Positions 1-11,653 of a stretch of 20,000 nt of DNA are shown piece after piece. Both the position numbers and the translations under genes were made by a program. The stretch comes from Catajapyx aquilonaris (taxonomy: Eukaryota): assembly GCA_000934665.2 (NCBI GenBank), contig KZ538458.1:48900-68899 (forward strand), given 5' to 3'. The stretch's first letter is position 1. Each line of letters begins with the position of its first letter. The notes below the pieces were generated by a model. It did no database searches. It was not told where the DNA came from and worked only from the letters and a program-made list of their open reading frames with translations.

Positions 1-115
1 TCTGCAAAACATTCTTTTGTAGCCTCCGAAGCGAATTAACTCCCAAAAGTTGTGATGAAATAATAAGTGGCTCTCAATAACAATAGACAAACGAACGTCT
101 GTTGTGCCATCTTAC

Positions 116-291
116 CTAGGAAGCAGCCACGTGCTTAATGAGACTTTCCGCAGCTGCGAAGATGGTTCCCAAAGGCGCCATATTCTGTAAAGCAACAGCA
201 TAAGTTTATTAGCAATAATGACTCACCCCGGAAGAGCGAAACACTTATTCGTCTTAATTTTATCGGCTGGAGCAGAGACGTTACTTTGCAT
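116..291 (-). CDS. Candidate two-exon fragment (291-227 and 184-116) of an unidentified gene running off the left edge
   Basis: Donors GTGAGT (226-221) and GTAAGA (115-110). Acceptors TTTACAG (191-185) and TTTTGCAG (9-2). Branch-like GCTAAT (213-208). The spliced frame is open: MQSNVSAPADKIKTNKCFALPGIWRLWEPSSQLRKVSLSTWLLPR. No homology recognised. Confidence 0.2.
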
Positions 292-3040
292 TTACGGCCC
301 TTCTTTAGTGGGCCGAATCGACACAACCCCATCGACAACCCCCCCAGACTTTACTGCCGAGCATTGTTATCGTCCCTGCTCTGCTAGTACTGAATCAATA
401 AGAAGCGCATTACAGACTGGAAGGCGATTGCGGTTCAAAGCAATTTAGATTAATTACGTGAAGACAAGTCCAACATGGGCGGGCTTATCTTGATTTAAAA
501 CCTGTACAAAACAACAGGGTGTATCAAACTCCTGGTCGTTCAAGGCAAATCCAAGTGTGAAATGGCGTGGAACAGTTTATGGACTCAGGCGTCAATCAAG
601 CTGTGCCTTGGGGGCATTCGGCACGGGCCTTAATGGTACAGTCTCAGGTACGGGATTGAAGTGACATGTGCTGTGACACAAAATTTGATACGGAAAAAGC
701 ACAAAATGATGATGTATGAGCGACGGTGACCCTGGCACAAGCCGATAAATGTTAAAGTTGTCGCAAAACTTCCCTCGTCACATTCTTCTGCATGCATCAA
801 GGTGACTGATCATAAGTTTGTGCTCGACTTGTTTGTTTGTTTATGCCATTACAAACCTGTAAACCCCTGGCACTGGGAATTACGGGAAAAAAAACACTAC
901 CACTAATATGCTTATCTAGACTAACTCTATTACGAATTCACTCCTTGTAACAGCGACATTTGATGGATTCAACTGGTGATTATTATAAATCATCTCTCAT
1001 ACATAATCCGGGTGAACCATATCATGAGCCACATTGGCGTGCCATGAGCCCCCACCATTTATCTTGGAACCCGACCAGGAAACCCTGACTTGACCACTAA
1101 CGCAAAATAAATCACAGGTTGTCCCAGAGCCTAACTCCGCTCGGTAAGACATGCACCAATTCCAATTTACAACCCTAATACTTTGTACCGCCTGCTTGGA
1201 TTTTCAGACTAAGACTGTATTTCTAGGAAGCACAAAAGGGGCAATGGTAGACAATAGTAGATTAGACAGAAATGGGAGCGCACCAATGAAATATGTAAAA
1301 CCTTGCTTCCTCGGCGTGCAGGTGTGTGTGTAGAAGTGGTGCGGAGGTGCAGGAAGGTAGGCATCAAGCGAATAAATTCTACCCCTGTGCAAAGCAGGAA
1401 GCTCGTTACTCGCACGCCTACTGATCCAAGTGCAGCTCATTTCCCTCCAGACACTTCTTGCGCCGCTCAATTTTCTATGCTGCATGACCAGACTACCTCT
1501 TGCAGCCCCCCCAATCTTGCTTGCCTTTTCCAACCGATCCTTATAACAATATATGCCAGCTCCAAAGTCATTGCCTTCAAAATGATTGGAAAACACGCCG
1601 ACTCCATCGCTTTAATTTGGGTACCCACCAGCACCGTCGGCGCTCTGTGGGTGAGGAAGGCAAGGAGGAACAATGCAGAGGAAATGAAACGCACTATCTC
1701 ACACAATCCCGACCTATCTCACGCTCCCTTCCACAAAACTTCCCTTCCGGGACGTTCTTCCCACACCTAATATGGTGGCCACACTCCAGAACTGCCACTT
1801 TTTTTTTCATCTTCCTCTATATTTTTCTCGCACGCTCACTCAATACTGTTTTTGAACTAATGGCTCAGAAATATGAGCAGGTACTTTTTATCCAATATCT
1901 AGTCGAAGTGGCCATCTAAGAGCAAATTGGTGGCAGCGACAATGTGGCGAGACAAAGAAGGAGAATAATGTTTCAGGTCCCTGCTGCCGGCTGATAGTAT
2001 CCTCTTGGACTAGAGAACTCTAGACTCAGCTGGGAATCAATACTAGCTACCGAGCTAGCAGCCAGCACACTACAGCAGCAAGCATGGTTGACAGGAGATG
2101 GCTTGGGATTCCCCGAAAACCCGCTCTATTGCCAGACTGCGGATTTTGTCCCTCTAGTTTTTTTAGGGTTCCCCCACAGTCCCCGCCCATACCCCGTAAG
2201 GCGAACATGTAAAAGGACAAAAGAGCATCAGATGGCAATATTAGGTAAGGATCAAAGGACCCAGTTACCCTCCTGCTCCTTCCTGCAATTGAAAAAAAAA
2301 AAAAAACTCATCACACTTTTGCCATCTCCTCTCCTGCGCTGCCGAAATGAATCTCCAGGAACCAAACTCAATTTTCAGCATTTGAAATTTCGGATTATAG
2401 ATTTCTCCTTTTTTTCCCCCCTCCTCCGCTTCCGGAAAATCCCCTCGTCCCCCATTAATGACTAAGCGCCCGGCACTTCCTTCAGGGAGCTTTACGTGGA
2501 CTAGGATCAGAAAATTTGCAGGTAGGTTCAAACATTTCGGTACGGTACGTGCGAGTACAGCTATAGCTTACTGTTCAAAATATTTATTACAGCCATTCCG
2601 GACTGGATCACAGTGTTTCAGCAATTATCCTGTAATTCGATTAGTCTTGGCACGTAGTCTACAGAATAAGAATTACAAGGATAAGTTGTACAGGGTTGAT
2701 TTCTGATTCCTGTTTCAAGGAGGTACTGTATGTGAGTGCACTGCACTGCGCCGAGATCAAAAGACAAGTGGAAGGCTATACTGTATAGCGTCTAATTTCA
2801 CTTGTGGTGCATGCCACCTTTCGTGCACCAAGAGAAACCGAGGCTCCAGAGTACCTCTACGGCCTGTGGTGTACAGTACCGACCGATTTCCGCTTCACTT
2901 ACAGTTTATGAGGTTATCCTGTCAATAAATGTAACTAGGTACTATATATCTTGTGTACACGTTCTCTGCTGGAAGTTAACCTCTATTAGATTGTGAGAGT
3001 TGGAACAGTTTACTTCTAGATTAACATTAGCAGTCTATGG

Positions 3041-3333
3041 TAATAATAATTCATACCCCGTTATCAGCCGGCTGCTCTTTAGGGGGGATATTTTTTTGTT
3101 TTGACTGGAACTCTTCGTTTTTTCGTTTTTATTGCGCTTTTTGGGATAGGATAGGAAAGGAAGGAGGCGGCTGTGGCCTATTAGTTTAGGAAACAACTCC
3201 GGAATTCTCCTGGAGGAACCGTGGGAAACCACAGAAAACCATGGTTAGAGTAGCCGGCACCGGGATTCGAACCCAGGCCCTCCCGATTAGCAGTCGGACA
3301 CCATATCCCCTCCGCCACCACTGCTTCGGTAGT
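3041..3333 (-). mobile_element. Full-length tRNA-derived SINE with (TTA)3 tail and 7-bp TSD
   Basis: On the - strand: Pol III A box TGGCGGAGGGG (3317-3307), B box GGTTCGAATCC (3273-3263), body GGTTTTCTGTGGTTTCCCACGG...TAGGCCACAGCCGCCTCCTTCC, and tail ATTATTATTA (3050-3041). Identical TCTATGG flanks both ends (3034-3040 and 3334-3340). Confidence 0.85.
3253..3324 (-). pseudogene. tRNA-like head of the SINE (anticodon-loop triplet GCT); not a functional tRNA
   Basis: Anticodon arm TCCGA-CTGCTAA-TCGGG and T arm CTGGG-TTCGAAT-CCCGG pair well. The acceptor stem (GCAGTGG/TGCCGGC) and D arm do not. The long variable arm of a true tRNA-Ser is missing. Confidence 0.75.
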
Positions 3334-3859
3334 TCTATGGAATTAGCATGTAGAGCGGACTGGCAAAGTGGAAACTATAAATGTCTCCTATACAGGTGGT
3401 CCGCTACCCTGTTTCCATTTTTGTCAACTTTGCCATCGACGAAGCCAACATCAGTCCAAAGCGGGACACTATAGATAGCACATTTGCAGCTTCCAATTGT
3501 TTAGGCCCGGGCAACTTTTCTCCATGCTGATGTATACCCACTCCTCCCAAGAAGAAGAAGAAAAAACTGTACTGAAATGGGAATAGTTTTTCCATTCCGC
3601 TGCAGCCTATTACATATCCATTCCACTCTCGCACTTCAAAGCCAGTTTATCGAAGCAATTGCTTTGCACTTGCCAAGAATAATTTGGCCCATTTCAGAAA
3701 TGCTCTGCGCAGCAACAGTTTTCTTTCACTTTTCCATCCATTTTCCCAATCGAAGTTTTTAAATATGGTCTCTTTGTGGGGAAAAATTTAAGTTCGTTCT
3801 TGAAAGGTCGCCCTTCTTAGCAATAGCAGCCACAGCAGCTATATAAGGAAAACTTTCCG

Positions 3860-3898
3860 ATTATTATTATCATCATCATCATCATCAACAACAACAAC
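3860..3898. repeat. Compound microsatellite (ATT)3(ATC)6(AAC)4
   Basis: Read directly from the sequence. Confidence 0.95.
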
Positions 3899-6149
3899 AT
3901 CTGGAGATCATAAGCATTGGCAATATTTGCACAGTGTGTTGCAGAAGAGAAATGAAGTCTTTTCAGAAGTCAGGCATGTCTGAAAGTCTCCTGAGCCCCC
4001 CGCTGAGCGGCTGCTGACTTGAGAAGGATGAATGGCGTGGGAATGGCTGGCGTGTTCTGATGCTGGCCCCACCTCCATCGCTGCAGTTACGCAGCCAAAG
4101 GTTCATCTCGACAACTCGGTAAAAAATTAAAAGATACGGACCCAGAGAAGAAAAGCAAGTAACATCAGCCTCGCAACTTTTCGCAGTCTTTTCTTCTGTT
4201 CCCCACCCACGTCGCCCCCTACCCAATCTCATGCCCTGATCTCTCATTCTGCACACTTGCTAGACCACGAAATGTCAACAGAATGGGAGGGGGGGGGGGG
4301 GNGAAGGCGAAATTCGACAAAAGAGAATGGGGAAGGGTGAACAAAATTGGCGATGTGTGAAGGCGTCCACATTGCGCCGGGGGGCTTCACCAGAGCATTA
4401 GGACAAATGTGACAGGCGTGAGATTGGGATGCCGTGTGTTAAAAGCCACAAAGGGTGACGTATAGATAAGATATTCGCCAACTTGCCATGTAAATCCTGC
4501 TTTCAGCCATTAGGCCAGTTTCACTTACTGACTCACAACTCGCTTTTGGAGCAGAGGTGGTCCCCATGCTGTCACCATGCAGGCCACCCAATGGGGCGTG
4601 TATTCGGACTACCTAATTATGACATCAGGTATCATTAGTCAAAATGTAACTGCCTAACGCAATCAAAACGAAGCCTCCACTACCGAAAACACATTTAATA
4701 AACCAGCAGTTCAAAAATGTTTTGACAGTATACAGTACACGTGGTTCGGTACCGGAGAAGCGACCTGTGCAAATACAGACCAATAAAGTTATGCAAATCA
4801 AACTTCACGGTTACTGTACTCTCACCCATAACATCATAATTACTCGAATTTCACTGCGCTTTATGTACTGCACAGTGGTGGCCATTATAGCAAATTCGCG
4901 CAATCCAAACGGAGCATAATCGCCAAAATATTCACGACTCCCAACCATAGAGCTAGCAGCATGTTGCGCATTGATTATAAAGAAAAAGCCCCCTATCTAT
5001 GCAACAGGTATCTTCGGCCTTTCCATCGGGGAAAAATTATTATGATTAAGATCGACGATATCTCCCTTCCCGGCCGGTCCGACCTGACCGCCCTCCCTGA
5101 CAATGTTACGTGAGCACACGTGCTGACTCATACTTAATTCACGAACCGGACTTGAGTCTCTGAACTGCACAGACCGCACAAGAGAAGGGAAATCGGGCTA
5201 AAAATGCCAGCAGGTTGTTTGGACAGGGAAGACCTGCCCGTGTCCTCCCCCCCTACCCACCATACTGGCAATCCTCCAGCTCTCTCCCCCGTACGAGACA
5301 CTTCAACAGATAACTACACTCCGATGTAGTTGCAGGTCCCAAGAGGCCGGTTCCATATCAGGTAATGGGTGTCGAGACATCACTCACCCACCTTAAATGC
5401 GAGGACCCCACCCCCCCCCTCTACCACAAAAGTTTGTTCAACTTCCGACAAGTTATTGGACTAAGAAGTTGGGGTGCAATCGATTTCGTTACCACTGTTG
5501 GCACAGACAAGATCCTTTTAAGGCCCGCTAATATAATTCAGCAGGGTCTGGCACCTTGTCAAAAAAAAAAAAAAAAAATCTCAGACCGTCTGACGGCCAT
5601 GGAAGGAATCACGATTTTAATGCTGAGCAAAGCTCCGGCCTGATTTCGCTCTACCCACCTACCAAAATACTCCAACCTACCTGCTAGGTCAGGTTTTTTC
5701 TTAAGCGCAGATACGGCTACTTATAGCCTCTTATCGACACACACACCCCCAAAAATAGCGTGGTGCCAGCCAGCAAGTGGACCGCCATAAAATTATGGCT
5801 CACCCTGTACATAAAATTCCGGACATGCAACGCCTACCACAATAGTCGTGGCACAAATAAGGCCATGTAGGACGAGGCAATGCTGTACGTCACAATTTTC
5901 TTCAGACTCCACGAGCCGTCACCAATTCCTTAGAAAACAAGGCAGCACCCCCCCCCCCCCCCAATGCATCTCAAGTGTGCCAATTTCCAAATGGGCCAGG
6001 CGACACCAGCCAAGAAAATAGCATTTTGACCCGGAAGTGTATGGGGGACCAAGGGACACCCCTATTTCGACTTGGAATGAATTGGATGGACCCTGAAAAG
6101 CTCGCTAATGAACTGCAATGCGGAGTGCAAATTGAATGGAAAAACCGGT

Positions 6150-6172
6150 GGGGTGGGGTGGGGGGGATGGGG
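6150..6172 (+). other. Canonical G-quadruplex motif G4-T-G4-T-G7-AT-G4
   Basis: Four G-runs of at least 4 nt with 1-2 nt loops. Other G/C homopolymers occur at 4289-4301 (G13) and 5948-5962 (C15). Confidence 0.7.
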
Positions 6173-9100
6173 AGACATGGAAAAATGATAAGATAGAAAC
6201 AAATTTTTTGACCATGACATCTAATTTCCTCGCCTGCTGCTCACAAATTTTCAACAGTAGGCCTAACGATCTTGTTGGGGGTAGTATGCATGCATGTTAG
6301 CAGGCAAACTCAAAAAGAGATGAGGCTGGGTGGGTTTTGTGGGGAGGCAGTGGCGCCACTGTTAAACTATCGATCGGACAAAATTAGGCAACGGTGCCTT
6401 TGGTCTGCCCGCTTCGAATCCCCGCATTGCCTTTCCCAAGGAAAATCAGACTGGATCCTTAAAAATAAAAAATAAAAAAAAAGGAACGAGAGGAGGCCGT
6501 CGCCAAAATGGGGTGAAGGGCACAAGGCCCCCCCTCTCTGCCACTGACTGCACCACCTTCTTTTATATTGCACCAACCCCGCCCAATTCCAACCTGCATA
6601 TCATTGGTTTCCAAAAATGACAAATTTGTCATGGTTGAATCAACAGGCTCAGTGTAGGCTGACCCAAAAAACCGGCTCACATCCGGATCGAAAATGATGA
6701 TTTTTTAAAAAAGCCAGGGGGTCAAGTGGTTCGAGTATTGCCCAACATGGCTACCGTGGCGGATGGTACCCAGACATCAATATTTCAAAAACATTCCCCA
6801 CAAGTTTACCCTGCTTACTATTCACCAATAGTTACAGGCCTCCCCCTCCCCCCCATTTTTTTCGAGCTGACGTACAAGTCATTCCACTCTAATGACATCA
6901 ATTAATCCACCAGCATGAGTAAACAACGCACTCAAGACGGAACTTCCAGAATAATAGCCGTCACAGGGGTCACAACTTCTCATTTTTCAGACTTATGCAC
7001 ACCCGGATTTTAACCAGGATTTATTACGGACCCAAAAGTGTGCTTTTACGTCCCCCTTTTTGAGGTCGCAGATTGTCACAGGCAGGGGGACATCCTCCAC
7101 CTGCTGCCCACTGTAGCGCAATGGTATCCTTCAGTGGTCTCTTTGCCGGCACCCACATCCCGATCATTACTTGCAGTCCTCCAGAGAACCAGGCCTATTG
7201 TTGTGGAAAAGTGAGCTGGAGCTGCTCGCCTGCCAATCCAAGCAAACCTTCGTGCGACAACACAAACAGCAAACAAGCTCTTCGGCAAACAAACAAGCGG
7301 ATCCATTGTGGGGAAAGCCTAAGTACACACATTCGCTCCATTCCTACCACCTTTTATGGGTCAAAAGCAACTCTCTTAGCTGCCTTAGGCGGACTCCCAA
7401 TCATTAGGCAACTCGATTATAACGTTATTAGATGGGCAAAATTGCATGTAAAATGCACTGTAAGCGGTGTGGCCAAAACGGTGGGAAACTCAAACTTTGT
7501 TCGTCAGCATAAAACCAGGCCTTATGCACTTCAATTCAACCTAATATCTTACAAGGAACTATTGCCGGATACAGCTGATTAATCATGCGCAGATTAAATC
7601 CAAATCCAAATAATGAAGCTTGAACATCCTGTAGATGCGTATCATATATTAATCGTTATGATCTCACGAATGGATCTACCCGACTGTAAAACTCCCAATG
7701 TTTGCACGAGATCATGCGGTTTTAATGCACCCTGGGCGCACATTGCATCACGCACTATCTACGCACACTGATTGGATTAGGATTTGTAAGAGAGATTGGC
7801 CTGGAGATGAGAAACACAGTGGCTACCTATCACTAATAGATCAGTGCTGTGGTCAAACCTTATCCCAACTATACTGACCAAAAGTCCAAGGTAGTAAATA
7901 TGGCATTTAATTCTTTCAATATTTAAAAAAAAAAAAAAATCCTCCTGTCATTTTCATGCGTTTATTGTGCCGGGTATAAATTATTACTAATTTAGACAAA
8001 GATTTATTCGGTGCCGCCATACCCTATTGGCCTTCGGTCCTTGTTCTATATTGGGCCATAATTATAACAACACCACATAAAACGTGTCGTAATTGTTACT
8101 GCGGTGAGATCTGAGAGAGATGGGGGCATGGATGTGAGGACAAAGGGATAATGCAATTCCCTCTGCAAAGAGGTAACCTGCAGGCTGTAGGCGAGTAGGG
8201 TTCACACTGCAGACTGAGTATTCCGGCGCCAAGAAAGGTCCGCATTTTTCACTGACCGAGGTGACTTTGGTTCCACCCTGTGTAATGGAATGTTACGAAA
8301 ATTACGCGTAATATGCTTTACGATAAGACCAGCTTAAAATTGCAATCGAGCCACGGCGGCCTGGTATGCAATAGGCGGTCATCCCTTGACGAGTGCAACT
8401 TAGTGTAGGTGGTAGGGGCCAAAGAGCGGGTGCTTTCATTAGTAGGGGCTTAAGAGGACTCATCCGGCAATAGGAGGGGGCTAAGCCACATTCCGGAAGC
8501 GCGATGCACTTGAATGCAAATCAAGCCGGCCTTCAGCGACAAGTTCTTTGATGGCCCAACAAGAAGAGATCGAATATGATGAAAAGGCACAAGCGGTGCC
8601 GGAAGGATGTCAAAATTCGCCAATTGCCGCCATATAGCCAATTACAGATCCACTGCAATTTTCTGACAAAGCCATATCAGCACTTCGCAGCAACTGTATA
8701 TTGTCAACACAATCCCGCCTTTTCTTGCCTCACCCATCCCTNAAAAAAAGGACTCTACAAAAGCCCTTGGATCTAGTTGAATCCACGATAGTGTCGATTT
8801 GTGGAAGTGGTCCGAGTGGCTGGTCCTTCAGCAAACCACATGGGCTGGGACAGGAAGCTGCAGATGAATATATTAGGTTGACTGGCTGGCTGGCTGGTCC
8901 GGATGAAGTGACCTCATCGCATCTGGCAGAAATAGGTTCGGAAGCACCAGCCCCAGACGACTCTCCTTCTGTGTTTGGGAGACGCTCCCAAGAATCCCCC
9001 ATATTTTTTCCCCTTTCCTACCCTCCCTTTTCCAAAGCTAGCCATTCACAGCTGCCTTCCCCATACAAGAAATAAAAGTTTCCAGCACCCCGCAAAAAGC

Positions 9101-10479
9101 CCCATATCCACCACTATCTCGCACGTTTTACGTCCGCCCTCTCTCTCTCTTTTTATCAGCCACTACATAATGTATTACTCAATTCCAAACTCATTCCAAG
9201 ATCGGTGCTAATGTTCACTCTAGTTGACTTCAATGAAGTGAAACTCCCCTGCAGTGTGGGTTCGATATATATTGCCCGTTCGACCTTCCGGGTGTCCTCA
9301 GCAGATGTAGAGATTTCCAATACCGCAATTAAAATGTCCTCCTGCAGTGCCACTGGCCAGTTATTTGAACCGATCATTAAATACTGTATAGAGTAATGCA
9401 ACATTAGTGCCGACTGTGGCCGTGCACTGCGTTTGAAAGGAACGTGGGCTAATTATGGCTTAGGCTCTCCTAATGGGCAAAGCACTGACAAACCTATCAA
9501 GTCCTAGTCAAAGCATCGATTTTCGCCCAGTAGAATTACGTGTCGTTCGCGGTTTTAATTGATGTAAAGCAGCAACACACACCGTTATTCAATACCTGGA
9601 TTAGTATTGAGGCTATAATATGAAAACCATGGATGCCGGGGCTATACACAACAACTCTGTAATTATTCTGCGCATGCTCCACGGGCCGGTATCTCGTCCC
9701 ACTTAATCAGCTGTTAGTGGTGTACTGTTATTAAAAGGGCTTCTCCAATAAGGACGCTTATTAGTGACGCCCAGATCAAGCATAGAAGTTTAATCAGTAT
9801 AAGTACTGCTGGTACCAATTCAAATTAAAGAGAAAATACTGCGAATTCCCACACATAATTTGAAATTAGCCATAATTTGTGTTTATACACATGGCCCTTA
9901 GGAACCTTTACTTGACAAAGGTCGCACACTTACATACAGTAATGATTCAATTAAGCATAATATTAACTGCTAATACTTTTAATAATCACTGAAATAAGCA
10001 GCTTAGAAAAAAAAAACGCTGAAAGGGACATTTCAATTGGTACGCCCTCTCATGGCAGGACAATACCCCCTCTGTAAATATGTATGTGCTCCCGTTTAAG
10101 TCAAGGCGCGTGACCTGCATCAAAATATCGCCAGTGCATAGAGCTGTGATTAGCAACCCCTTTCAGACCTGGTCATTACCACAAAAACACGGGAGACATA
10201 AATGGCAAGCGAGTGGGAATAATTTATAAAACCCCCCGCCACCTACAATTTCCCATTGAAGCGTGCTCCATGTGAATCAAGCAGGCTTAATGCACTCGTG
10301 GTTGTTGACAAATCCGCGTAATTATACGCTTAAGTACTTTTACAAGCGGTCCAAGAACAAGGGAGTGCCATTACAGAGCCTGCACCGCTCACTTGTCGCC
10401 CATTAGTGCAAATATCCTATTTGATCAACGGATTTTGCAGATCTCTCCGAAAACAAAACTTCATTTTCTATTCTTCCTC

Positions 10480-10571
10480 CCTGCCGATTGCCCCGCGAAG
10501 CGGGGCAAACGGCATGGCCCTGCTTGCAGGGCCCGCCAACTCCACCTGCCGGTTGCCCCGCAAAGCGGGGC
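10480..10571. repeat. Cluster of three GC-rich hairpins, including a 27-bp direct repeat
   Basis: H1 TGCCG-a-TTGCCCCGC[GAA]GCGGGGCAA-a-CGGCA (10482-10514). H2 GGCCCTGC[TT]GCAGGGCC (10516-10533). H3 GCCCCGC[AAA]GCGGGGC (10555-10571). 10480-10506 and 10545-10571 are direct repeats with 25/27 identity. Confidence 0.9.
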
Positions 10572-11014
10572 CCGCGTAAAACGAATAGTAGGGAATCTCT
10601 ACGCTCCCAATGTTAATTTCCCGACTTCATAACTCGCGAGCGGGTTAATCGATTTCAAATCGGAAACAAGATTTACACTCCGCTCATTTCAGTTTCTAAC
10701 TTTAGATAGATAAACAACAACTAGGGCCATTACCGGGGTCACTATCCGGGGTCAAAGTTCAAAAATGTGTCGTTACTTCGACAAGGGTACAGCCTAAACG
10801 GTGCATCGTAGAGGGTCATACCATGTGTCATTAGAACCGCAATGTTCTCAGGAAGCGCCCTCCTGCCTACCTTTTTTTTGAGAAAAACCTTCACTTTTTG
10901 AGTCACGCGGCGATTTCGAAAGTGTCAGTTTTGTGGCTCTCGCTCTCTTTCTGTACCGAGACCGGATATACTTGGGAAGGGGGATTTCCAGTGATGATGA
11001 AAAGAATTAAATAA

Positions 11015-11365
11015 AAATAGGCAGTAAAACTGCAGAAAACTATTCTTCCTCTGGGTGAGATTAAAAGTAAGAAGCAAGTCCATAGGTGGGGGTTGGTTCG
11101 TGTCATGGGGATGTGTGACAATTAAATTTAATTCAAAACATTCGTGCTTTGGGGCTGGGAAGAATTAGGCAGAGTAGGAGAGTCGGAGAAGTACATAAAA
11201 GCGATATCTGCCTAATTCTTCCCAGCCCCAAAGCACGAATGTTTTGAATTAAATTTAATTATCACACATCCCTATGACACGAACCAACCCCCACCTATGG
11301 ACTTGTTTCTTACTTTTAATCTCACCCAGAGGAAGAATAGTTTTCTGCAGTTTTACTGCCTATTT
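11015..11365. repeat. Long inverted repeat / foldback (159-bp arms, 33-bp spacer)
   Basis: 11015-11173 is the reverse complement of 11207-11365 with 3 transition mismatches. Each arm contains the perfect palindrome AATTAAATTTAATT. Confidence 0.95.
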
Positions 11366-11471
11366 AAAATAATAATAATAATGCTGGATTTGCGACAGTA
11401 CAGCCAGCGCGGCACAAAGTTCTACTTAAATTTTGTGTTTTCGCAAAGGTATGCAATTTTTGGCAGCGATA

Positions 11472-11653
11472 TGTGAGGGGCATCCCTCCTGACCCCGAAA
11501 GGGTCGTGGTCCAATAATACGCAGGTTCGGAGCAACCCATTTATTACTACCGGCCCGGAACCAGGCCGTCCCACGACTCGCTCTACAAAAGAGCCCTCCC
11601 TATCCCCACCAAGTCGACCCAGGCGCCACTGACCTCTAGTAAGGTGAGTCACA
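11472..11653 (-). mobile_element. Possible short solo-LTR-like, hairpin-rich segment
   Basis: Termini TGTGA...TCACA are inverted. On the - strand AATAAA (11545-11540) lies about 70 nt before the end. No TSD, PBS or PPT found. Confidence 0.2.

Larger units (their letters stand above)
10464..11365 (+). mobile_element. Putative non-autonomous Helentron-associated (HINE/DINE-1-like) element
   Basis: Left end: T-run, then the 12-mer CTATTCTTCCTC (10468-10479), then hairpins. Right end: its reverse complement GAGGAAGAATAG (11329-11340), then a small hairpin GCAGT-TTT-ACTGC (11347-11359) and TTT. No TSD. The family call is inferred from architecture only. Confidence 0.35.

Noticed and set aside
3253..3324. 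Functional tRNA-Ser(GCT) gene
   Set aside because: The acceptor and D stems do not pair, there is no long variable arm, and it is embedded in a TSD-flanked SINE.
4731..4818. Tiny TA-flanked element TACAGTACACGTG...CACGGTTACTGTA
   Set aside because: An 11/13 inverted match is too short to support.
2689..5809. TACAGGGT at 2689 and CACCCTGTA at 5801-5809 as ends of a 3-kb mariner element
   Set aside because: The match is only about 8 bp and no transposase remnant lies between them. At most these are isolated TIR relics.
7249..7513. Peptide FVRQHK encoded twice (7249-7266, 7496-7513) with only third-position differences; second copy faintly BED-finger-like
   Set aside because: The copies are in different frames, similarity does not extend, and there is no CxxC. 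A 6-aa match is plausible by chance in a six-frame translation.
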